A stretch of 64,000 bases of DNA, from assembly GCA_028826165.1 (NCBI GenBank), contig JAPDFW010000054.1, positions 605,526 through 669,525 on the forward strand. Reading direction: 5' to 3'. This DNA comes from Anaeramoeba ignava BMAN (lineage: Eukaryota > Protista > Anaeramoebae). Made by a program: the position numbers and the translations under genes. Under the pieces are notes generated by a model, which searched no databases, was not told the DNA's origin, and saw only the letters and a list, made by a program, of their open reading frames with translations. This document shows positions 49,998 to 60,800 of this stretch, in pieces; within the stretch, counting starts at the first letter, position 1, and every line of letters starts with the position of its first letter.

Positions 49998-52005
49998 ATG
50001 TCAAAATCAAAAAAAAAACAAAAAAAACATCAAGAAAGTGATCAAGAAAATGACATTGACAGTGATGGATTAGATGGACCAATGCCAATAAGTGAATTAG
50101 AATCAAATGGAATAGCGACAGCAGATGTCAAAAAATTATTAGAAGGAGGATTTCATAGTGTAGAAGGAGTAGCATATTCGACAGTAAAACAACTTGTAGC
50201 TGTCAAAGGCATTTCAGAAAACAAAGCAGAAAAAATTTTGGCAGTTGCACAAAAATTAGTTCCAATGGGTTTTACAACTGCGACAGTGGCACTTCAACAA
50301 AGAAAAAAAGTTATTAAAATTACTACTGGTTCTAAAGAACTTGATAAACTTCTTGGTGGTGGAATTGAAACTTGTTCTACAACTGAAATTTTTGGTGAAT
50401 TTAGAACTGGAAAAGTTAATTTAAATTTTACAATAAATATTGAATTAAATATTAAATATTAAAATAAATATTAAAATAAATATTAAAATAAATATTAAAA
50501 TAAATATTAAAATAAATATTAAATTAAATATTAAATTAAATATTAAATTAAATATTAAATTAAATATTAAATTAATAAATATTAAAATAAATATTAAATT
50601 AATAAATATTAAATTAAATATTAAAATAATTAATAAATATTAAATATTAAAATAAATATTAAATATTAAATATTAAAATAAATATTAAATATTGAAATAA
50701 ATATTGAAATAAATATTGAAATAAATATTAAAATAAATATTAAATTAAATATTAAATTAAATATTAAATATTAAATATTAAAATAAATATTAAATATTAA
50801 ATATTAAAATAAATATTAAATTAAATATTAAATTAAATATTAAATTAAATATTGAAATAAATATTGAAATAAATATTAAATATTAAAATAAATATTAAAA
50901 TAAATATTATAATTAAATATTAAATATTAAAATAAATTTTACAATAAATATTAAAATAAATATTAAAATATTAAAATAAATATTGAAATAAATATTAAAT
51001 TAAATATTAAAATAAATATTAAAATAAATATTATATTATAATTCATATTTTTAGACTCAATTATGTCATACTTTATGTGTTACTTGTCAATTACCTTTAA
51101 AACAAGGTGGTGGTGAAGGAAAAGCTATGTTTATTGATACTGAAGGTACTTTTAGACCTGAAAGATTAGTTCCTATTGCAGAAAGATTTAATCTTGATCC
51201 AAATGATGTACTTGATAATATAGCAGTAGCAAGAGCACATAATAGTGAACAGTAAATTAAATATTGAATATTAAATTGAATATTAAATTGAATATTGAAT
51301 TGAATTAAATATTGAATTAAATATTGAATTAAATATTGAATTAAATATTGAATTGAATTGAATTGAATTGAATTGAATTAAATATTGAATATTGAATTAA
51401 ATATTAAATTAAATATTGAAGTAAATTGAATTGAATTAAAAATTGAATTGAATAAAATTGAATTAAATATTGAAGTAAATTGAATTAAATTGAATTGAAT
51501 ATTGAATTGAATATTAAATAAAATTAAATTGAATTGAATTAAATTAATTTAAATATTTTGATTTAATTTTATTTTAATTAGTCAAAACCAATTATTAGTT
51601 CAAGCTGCTGCTTTAATGTCTGACAATAAATTCTCTTTATTAATTATTGATTCATCAACTGGATTATACAGAACAGATTTTTCAGGAAGAGGAGAATTAT
51701 CAGAAAGACAAATGAAACTTGCAAAATTCTTAAGAAACGTTTCAAATTTAGCAACAGAATTCTCAATAGCAGTTGTTTATACAAATCAAGTTGTTGCTCA
51801 AGTTGATGGAGCTTCTTTATTTGTTTCTGATCCAAAAAAACCAATAGGTGGTAATATTATGGCTCATGCTTCTACTACTAGATTATATCTAAGAAAAGGA
51901 AAAGGTGAAACAAGAATTTGTAAAATTTATGATTCTCCTTGTTTACCTGAAGCTGAAGCTATGTTTGGAATTTATAATGATGGAATTAATGATCCTCAAA
52001 ATTGA
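49998..52005 (+). CDS. RAD51: RAD51 recombinase; 3 exons
   Basis: Walker A GEFRTGK|[32 protein letters not shown]; introns 50415-51054 and 51252-51581. Confidence 0.97.
50440..51545. repeat. Two intronic arrays in RAD51: (AAAATAAATATT)n and (TTGAA/TTAAATA)n
   Basis: Directly visible at 50440-51030 and 51260-51545. Confidence 0.9.
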
Positions 52006-52168
52006 TTTGTTTTTCTTTTCTTTTCTTTTTTTTTATTTTGATTTGAAATTTTTTTGAAAGAAATAAACAAATTAAAACAAACAAAAATTCATTTTTAATT
52101 TATAAATCAATTTAAAAATATAATTTTGTGTTTAATTTTTTATTGATTTGATTGAATAAAAATTGTTT

Positions 52169-53606
52169 TTAAATGAAAAAAGTCTCAAGTTCTTCAATTC
52201 TCCATTGACTAAAAGAACCAGCTAAATAACTTTTAGATTCATCTGTATCATATTTAATTCCATTAGGTAAACTGTAACTATTCCCCAAATTTAAAAATCC
52301 AGTTTGTAAATTAGAATTTAAATATAAATCACTTGGTCCTTTTCCAAAACAAGGAGAAGAATTGAAATCACAATGAGCTGCAAATTGTTCTTCTCCTTTT
52401 TTAATTGGAAATTTCTCTGGTTTTCTATTATTTTTATCATTTCTTAATGAAAAAAGAAATGCATTTCGATCAGGAACAGGCAATGAATTTCCCTTTAAAT
52501 CCAGCTTTACTAAATCCTCCAAAAATAAAATTATCTTCTGTTTTGATAATAATCAATGTTTTTCCTTTGTTAACACAAGTTGAATGCCATTTCTTACAAT
52601 CAAATCCATCTCTTTTTGCTGAAAATCCTTTTTTCATTTTGGAAAAGAATTTGTCATCATGAATCCATTCTTTTAATTTTTGAACGTATTCTTTCTCTTT
52701 GATAATTGATGAGAATTTGAATTTAATTCTTGGTTGGAAAATTAGCGAAGTTTCTTTTTCAATAAATTGATTTAATCCTTTTCTATCATTTTGAAGAGTT
52801 TGGAATTGATTTAATTTTTCTGAAATTTTATTTGGAATTAAATTTTCTTTCAAAACATCTTTAAGTTCCTTTTTTGAAAAATCAATAAATCTGATTTTAT
52901 CAATAACAGTTGAAATTTGATTTTGTAATTGCTCTTTTTCTTTTTGTTCAAGTTTTTGATTTTTTTTGTTTTGTTTAATATTTAATTTATGTTTCCCCCA
53001 TTTTATTATTAATTGGAAAAGCTCAAATTCATTTATTGGAATAAAATCATTTGTTAATATTGTATTTAAATGATTTCCTTCAAGTCCAAGAAAAAATGGA
53101 GTTTTAATAAATTCTTCAAAATTTTCAAAAATAAATTGATAAGAAGAATCCAATAATTGATTGAAGTTCATTGATTCAGATAATTTAAGAATATCAACAA
53201 CAGTTTCAAATTTAAAATTCTTTTTGATAAAATTTAAACAAATTTCAATTAATTCATCAACTAAATATTTTGATGAAAAAAATAAAATTTGAATTGCATT
53301 TTCTAAATTAATTGCAATTTTTCCTGAATAAAAATAATTTAATATTGGAAATAGAATTGAACTTGAAAAATCTTTTAGAATCATTTTATTTTCTTGATAT
53401 TCTCTCATTTGTGATTTAAAAAGAGATTTAAAATATTGACTTCTTGATGAAAGAATTGATTTATGAGTTTTAAATGAAGTTTGATTTTGTTCACAAAATA
53501 TTTCAAAATCAAAATAACTTTCTTCTTCTTTTTCATTTTGATTTTGATTTTGAAATAAATTTTTTAAATCATTTGAAAGTTTTTCTAAATTTGAATAAGT
53601 TTCCAT
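52169..53606 (-). CDS. BTB-BACK-TLDc protein; one apparent frameshift near 52490
   Basis: BTB HKSILSSRSQYFKSLF; BACK EFELFQLIIKW; TLDc FSAKRDGF..IFGGF / AFLFSL..PCFG..ELETF. Confidence 0.9.
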
Positions 53607-54166
53607 TTTGAATAAAAATTTGAAAAGAAAAAAATGAAAAAAATAATTTTTAAATTTTAATTTTAATTTGAATTTTAATTTTAATTTTAATTTCAATTTT
53701 AATTTTGATTTTAATTTTAATTTTAATTTTAATTTTAATTTTGATTTTAATTTTGATTTTAATTTTAATTTTAATTTTGATTTTAATTTTAATTTTAATT
53801 TTAATTTTAATTTTAATTTTTAATTTTAATTTTTAATGAATTAATTAAAAAAAGAACCAAAAAGCAAAAAGAAATTGTTTTTAATTAAAAAAAAAAAAAT
53901 AAATCATTTTTTCTTTTTTCATTCGCTTTTTTTTTTCACCAAACAAAAGTAACAAAAAAAATTTTAATAAACACAAAAACAAAAACAAAAACAACACAAA
54001 AATAAACTCATTTTATTAATTCTTATTTATTTTGAATGAAATAAAAAATAGCAAAAAAAAACAAAAAACAAAAAGCAAAAAAAAAAATAGCAAAAAAAAA
54101 CAAAAAACAAAAAGCAAAAAAACAAAAAGCAAAAAAACAAAAAAACAAAAAGCAAAAAAAGCAAAA

Positions 54167-56929
54167 ATGAAATTAACTCTTTTCTTTTCCTTTTTCTTTT
54201 TCTTAATTATCAATATTTTCTTAATTCAATCAAATCAAACTCAAAATCAACAAAAATCAATTTCCACAATAATTCAAGAATTAGAAACAACAAGATTATT
54301 AACAGAAACAACAAGATATTATTCTACTCCAGATGAAGCTTGGGTTTGGAATTTATTAGATAATTATACAGGTTCATCAGGAGATTCCACAACAGGTGTT
54401 TCAATTTATAAAGATGTTATTGTTATTGGATCTTCTTCTACAAGACGAGCATTTATTTACAGATACAATGGAACAAATTTTGAACTTGAACAAACTTTGA
54501 ATGAAGCTTCAACTACATATTTTGGATGGAGTGTTTCAGTTTATGAGAATGTTATTGTTATTGGTGCTCCTGATGCAAATCAAACATTTATTTACAGATA
54601 TAATGGATCAATTTGGAATAAAGAACAAATTTTGACTGAATCAATTAGATATTTTGGATGGAGTGTTTCAGTTTATGAGAATGTTACTGTTATTGGTGCT
54701 CATGAAGAAAATAAAGCATATATTTACAGATACAATGGATCAATTTGGAATCAAGAACAAACTTTGAATGGATCAAGTGGATATTTTGGAGAAAGTGTTT
54801 CAGTTTATGAAAATTTTACTGTTATTGGTGTTCCTTATGCAACTAAAGCATATATTTACAGATACAATGGATCAATTTGGAATGAAGAACAAATTTTGAA
54901 TGGATCAATTGAATATTTTGGATATTCTGTTTCAATTTATGAAGATGTTATTGTTTTTGGAACTGATTATCCTACAGATAAATCAACTATTTACAGATAC
55001 AATGGATCAATTTGGAATGAAGAACAAATTTTGAGTGAATCAACCCCATATTTTGGAAATTCTGTTTCAATTTATGAAGATGTTATTGTTATTGGATCTT
55101 ATGCTACAAAACAAGCATTTATTTACAGATACAATGGATCAATTTGGAATCAAGAACAAATTTTGAGTGAATCAACTTCATATTTTGGATGGATTGTTTC
55201 AATTTATGGAAATTTTACTGTTATCGGAGCTTTTTATGGAAATCAAGCATTTATTTATGAAGCTAGTTTCATTCCTCAAGTTAATATTGTTAATTGTTCA
55301 TCTTTGTTTTCATCATTTGATTGTTATTGGAATAAAATTGAATTTCCTTCAACTTTGATTTATCAAATCAATTACGGATATGGTTGGATTGATATTGATT
55401 CTCCAATTCTTGAAGATGGAAATGTTTATTATCAACAATTTAATTCTTCAAATTATGATAATATTACTGGAAATGAATATTATTCAATTCAAATCAAAGC
55501 TTGTGATAATGTAACAATGAAATGTGGTGAATCTTCTTCTTTCATTAATTTAACAACAAAAATTGATTCTGTAAAAGATTTCCAATTATCAAATCCTTCA
55601 AATTATTCAATTAATGTTACATGGAATTATCCAGATGTACAGATTAATGAAGGAATTGCTCATCTTGATCATTATAATCTTTCTTATTTAAATCAATCTC
55701 AACCTGATTTAATATCTTTCATTTCAGTTGATAATTCTTCACTTTATTATCTTTGGAATAACTTTGAATGTGAAAATGATTATAATATTTCAATTTGTGG
55801 ATGTAGAACACAAGAATGTGAAGGAGATGATAAAGGAGAAATTGTTGAATCATCAATTTCATTAATATTTGGAGAAGTTACAAATTTTTCATGTTCAATT
55901 TCAAATTCAATCGATATTAATTGTAATTGGAATCAATCAATTAATTGTTCAATTCCATTTTATTATAATTTTACTTATCAATCAATTTCTCAAAATGATT
56001 CAGGAAATTATCAACCAACTTCATCAAATCAACAATTCACAGCTCAAATTCCAAATCAACAATATCAAATCAATATATCATCATGCAATTCAAATGGGAA
56101 ATGTGGGTATATTTCATCAATTTCAATTACAACTGATAATTTACCAATAGCTCCAATAATTTATGAAACAATTTCTAAAATTGAAGAAATTGAATTTAAT
56201 TTCACAAAATTAACAAATGCAAATAATTATTCAATTTCACTTGATAATGGAACAAATTGGGAAAAATTCACATCTCTTGATTTAAGTGGAAATGAAGTGA
56301 TTGGAATAATAAGTGAAATATCAGGAAATATTGAATATAATATTTCAATTCGAGGATGTTCAGATTTGAATTGTGAAACACCATATTTAGGAGAGCCAAG
56401 TTCAATTAATTCAACAAGAGCTAAATTAGGAAATATTACTTCATTAAATTGTTATTCATTAATTAATGGATTTGAATGTAGTTGGGATTCATTAAATTTA
56501 TCAAGTGGATTAAAGGCATATTCATTCAATTACAATTCAATATCAATTTGTTTAACAAATTTAACAACAAATTATTCAGTTTCAGGATTAAATGGAGGAG
56601 AATATTATGAAATTTCAATTTATTCATCAGCTGATTTAAATTGTTCATTTAATGAATATTCAGGAATTAATTCAACAACATCAATTACAATACCAACAAA
56701 AAATGAACAAAATGATAATTCAAAAACAACAACAATAATTATTGGAATAATTATTCCTATTACTGTTATTTCAATAATTATTATTGGAATTATTTTCTTT
56801 AAAAAGAAAAGAAGAAAAAAACAATCAAAAACAAAAGAACAAGAAGAAAACAAAGAAGAAAAAGAACTTCAAGTTGATTTAGATATGAGTGAATCGACAC
56901 CAGTCAATCACACCAATTTCCTTTTATGA
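54167..56929 (+). CDS. Type I membrane protein: signal peptide, FG-GAP-like propeller repeats, FN3-like domains, transmembrane helix and short tail
   Basis: MKLTLFFSFFFFLII signal; about 7 repeats of YFGxSVS(I/V)YxxxxVIGA(P)..YRYNGSIW; FN3-like W..YxI patterns; IIIGIIIPITVISIIIIGIIFF followed by KKKRRKK. Confidence 0.88.
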   Translation: MKLTLFFSFFFFLIINIFLIQSNQTQNQQKSISTIIQELETTRLLTETTRYYSTPDEAWVWNLLDNYTGSSGDSTTGVSIYKDVIVIGSSSTRRAFIYRYNGTNFELEQTLNEASTTYFGWSVSVYENVIVIGAPDANQTFIYRYNGSIWNKEQILTESIRYFGWSVSVYENVTVIGAHEENKAYIYRYNGSIWNQEQTLNGSSGYFGESVSVYENFTVIGVPYATKAYIYRYNGSIWNEEQILNGSIEYFGYSVSIYEDVIVFGTDYPTDKSTIYRYNGSIWNEEQILSESTPYFGNSVSIYEDVIVIGSYATKQAFIYRYNGSIWNQEQILSESTSYFGWIVSIYGNFTVIGAFYGNQAFIYEASFIPQVNIVNCSSLFSSFDCYWNKIEFPSTLIYQINYGYGWIDIDSPILEDGNVYYQQFNSSNYDNITGNEYYSIQIKACDNVTMKCGESSSFINLTTKIDSVKDFQLSNPSNYSINVTWNYPDVQINEGIAHLDHYNLSYLNQSQPDLISFISVDNSSLYYLWNNFECENDYNISICGCRTQECEGDDKGEIVESSISLIFGEVTNFSCSISNSIDINCNWNQSINCSIPFYYNFTYQSISQNDSGNYQPTSSNQQFTAQIPNQQYQINISSCNSNGKCGYISSISITTDNLPIAPIIYETISKIEEIEFNFTKLTNANNYSISLDNGTNWEKFTSLDLSGNEVIGIISEISGNIEYNISIRGCSDLNCETPYLGEPSSINSTRAKLGNITSLNCYSLINGFECSWDSLNLSSGLKAYSFNYNSISICLTNLTTNYSVSGLNGGEYYEISIYSSADLNCSFNEYSGINSTTSITIPTKNEQNDNSKTTTIIIGIIIPITVISIIIIGIIFFKKKRRKKQSKTKEQEENKEEKELQVDLDMSESTPVNHTNFLL

Positions 56930-57809
56930 GCTGAAAACTTTCCTTGTCTAACTTTCGATTCTATTAAGAAAAAAGAGGTTTTGATTTTTTTTTTCTCCAG
57001 TCATTTTGACCTCCCGCTAACCCATACCAGTATACCAACAAAAATTCGCGACAAAAGGAGAAAATATTAACATACCATCAAATTTTTCTCCTTTTTTTTG
57101 TAAAATTAAAATGTTTTTTTTCAATTTCTTTTCATTTCTTTTAAAAAAATTTAAAACAAAAATCAAATTATTTTTTTCATTTTTTTTTATTTTTTTCATT
57201 TTTTCACATCCAATTTGTTTTTTCTAAATTAAATTATTAAAAATACAAGAAAAATATTCAAAATAAACTCCAATGTTAAATTCATTCAATCGGAATAATT
57301 AATAAATTTTTCATTAACGATTTATTTGTACTTATTTCCTTTTTAGAATTCTGAAGCTGATTTGAAATGAACTTTTATAAAGAAAAGCTTAATTTTCGGA
57401 TTTATTTTATTTAAAATGTTGGGATTCGTTTCCCAAAATGATAAAATAGAACATTTATTTCCAAATTCTAATTTTGTTTGTTTGAATTGCTCTTGATTTG
57501 GTATTATTTCTTTAGTTCTGGAAAAATTATCTTGAACTGAATATGATTTTCAATTTCAAGAATAGATTTTTAACTTGCTGAAATTATCTTGCACTATTAA
57601 TAGATCAAGTGATTTTTGTATTTTCTTTATGTTCATTAAAAATTAGCAAAACTTATTATTTCTGTTTGATTTGAAAACGGATATCACATTCTAATTTCTT
57701 TTGGTTAAAATATTTTTTTTTAAAAAAAGAAATTAAATAAAGATATTTAAACACATAATTTTGAAAAAAAATTGAAGATTTGGAAAGAAACGAGATAATG
57801 GTTCCTAAA

Positions 57810-60800
57810 TTAAATTAATTATTAAATTGATTATTAAAATTATTATTAAAATTATTATTAAAATTATTATTAAAATTATTATTAAATTGATTATTAAATT
57901 GATTATTAAATTGATTATTAAATTGATTATTAAATTTATTATTAAATTTATTATTAAATTGATTTTTAAATTTATTATTAAAGTTATTATTAAATTTATT
58001 ATTAAATTAATTATTAAATTGATTTTTAAATTTTATTATTAAAATTATTATTAAATTTATTATTAAATTGATTATTAAATTGATTATTAAATTGATTATT
58101 AAAATTATTATTAAATTGATTATAAAATTGATTATTAAAATTATTATTAAAAATTATTATTAAAATTATTATTAAATTGATTATTAAATTAATTATTAAA
58201 TTTATTATTAAATTTATTATTAAATTTATTATTAAATTTATTATTAAAATTATTATTAAATTGATTATTAAATTGATTATTAAAATTATTATTAAAATTA
58301 TTATTAAAATTATTATTAAATTGATTATTAAAAATTATTATTAAAATTATTATTAAAATTATTATTAAATTTATTATTAAATTTATTATTAAATTGATTA
58401 TTAAATTGATTATTAAATTGATTATTAAATTGATTATTAAATTGATTATTAAATTTATTATTAAAAATTATTATTAAAATTTGTTATTAAAATTATTATT
58501 AAAATTATTATTTAATTTATTATTAAAATGATTAATAAATTTATTAATAAAATTATTATTAAATTGATTATTAAAAATTATTATTAAATTGATTATTAAA
58601 TTTATTATTAAATTTATTATTAAATTTATTATTAAATTTATTATTAAAATTGATTATTAAATTGATTATTAAATTTATTATTAAATTTATTATTAAATTG
58701 ATTATTAAATTGATTATTAAATTGATTATTAAATTGATTATTAAATTGATTATTAAATTTATTATTAAAATTATTATTAAAATTTGTTATTAAATTTATT
58801 ATTAAAATTTATTATTAAATTTTATTATTAAATTTATTATTAAATTTATTATTAAATTGATTATTAAAATTATTATTAAATTGATTATTAAATTGATTAT
58901 TTAAAATTATTATTAAATTTATTATTAAAATTATTATTAAATTTATTATTAAAATTATTATTAAAATTGATTATTAAATTAATTATTAAATTTATTATTA
59001 AATTTATTATTAAATTGATTATTAAATTGATTATTAAATTGATTATTAAATTTATTATTAAATTTATTATTAAATTTATTATTAAATTTATTATTAAATT
59101 TATTATTAAATTTATTATTAAATTTATTATTAAATTTATTATTAAAATTATTATTAAAATGATTAATAAATTTATTAATAAAATTATTATTAAATTTATT
59201 ATTAAATTTATTATTAAATTTATTATTAAATTTATTATTAAATTTATTATTTAATTTATTATTAAATTGATTATTAAATTGATTATTAAATTTAATTATT
59301 AAATTTATTAATAAAATTATTATTAAATTGATTATTAAATTTATTATTAAATTTATTATTAAATTTATTATTAAATTGATTATTAAATTTATTATTAAAA
59401 TTAATTATTAAAGTTATTATTAAAATTAATTATTAAAGTTATTATTAAATTTATTATTAAATTGATTATTAAAATTAATTATTAAATTTATTATTAAATT
59501 TATTATTAAATTTATTATTAAATTTATTATTAAATTTATTATTAAATTTATTATTAAAATTAAATTTATTATTAAATTTATTATTAAATTGATTATTAAA
59601 TTTATTATTAAAATTATTATTAAATTAATTATTAAAATTATTATTAAAATTATTATTAAATTATTATTAAATTTATTATTAAATTTATTATTAAATTGAT
59701 TATTAAAATTATTATTAAATTGATTATTAAATTGATTATTAAAATTATTATTAAATTTATTATTAAAATTATTATTAAAATTGATTATTAAATTAATTAT
59801 TAAATTTATTATTAAATTTATTATTAAATTGATTATTAAATTGATTATTAAATTGATTATTAAATTGATTATTAAATTGATTATTAAAATTATTATTAAA
59901 ATTATTATTAAATTTATTATTAAATTGATTATTAAATTTATTATTAAATTTATTATTAAATTTATTATTAAATTGATTATTAAATTGATTATTAAATTAA
60001 TTATTAAATTTATTATTAAATTTATTATTAAATTTATTATTAAATTTATTATTAAAATTAATTATTAAATTAATTATTAAATTTATTATTAAATTTATTA
60101 TTAAATTTATTATTAAATTTATTATTAAATTTATTATTAAATTTATTATTAAATTTTATTATTAAAATTTATTATTAAATTTATTATTAAAATTTATTAT
60201 TAAATTTATTATTAAAATTTATTATTAAATTTATTATTAAAATTTATTATTAAATTTATTATTAAATTGATTATTAAATTTATTATTAAATTGATTATTA
60301 AATTTATTATTAAATTTATTATTAAATTGATTATTAAATTGATTATTAAATTTATTATTAAATTGATTATTAAATTGATTATTAAATTGATTATTAAATT
60401 TATTATTAAATTTATTATTAAATTTATTATTAAATTGATTATTAAATTTATTATTAAATTTATTATTAAATTTATTATTAAATTTATTATTAAAATTTAT
60501 TATTAAAATTTATTATTAAATTTATTATTGGAATTGATTATTAAAAATTATTATTAAATTGATTATTAAATTGATTATTAAATTAATTATTAAATTTATT
60601 ATTAAATTGATTATTAAATTTATTATTAAATTGATTATTAAATTTATTATTAAATTTATTATTAAATTTATTATTAAATTTATTATTAAATTTATTATTA
60701 AATTTATTATTAAATTTATTATTAAATTGATTATTAAATTGATTATTAAATTTATTATTAAATTTATTATTAAATTTATTATTAAAATTTATTATTAAAT

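Noticed and set aside
49998-52005. DMC1 identity, or a RAD51-RAD52 functional cluster
   Set aside because: GGNIMAHA and GELSERQ favour RAD51; the two genes are 30 kb apart with unrelated genes between them
56990-57080. GC-richer patch with an Sm-site-like AATTTTTG on the minus strand (possible snRNA)
   Set aside because: No recognisable U1, U2, U4 or U5 motif or convincing stem-loops; an Infernal search would be needed
57270-57700. Possible CDS after plus-strand initiator-like motifs
   Set aside because: The frames I read are interrupted by stops and show no recognisable motif
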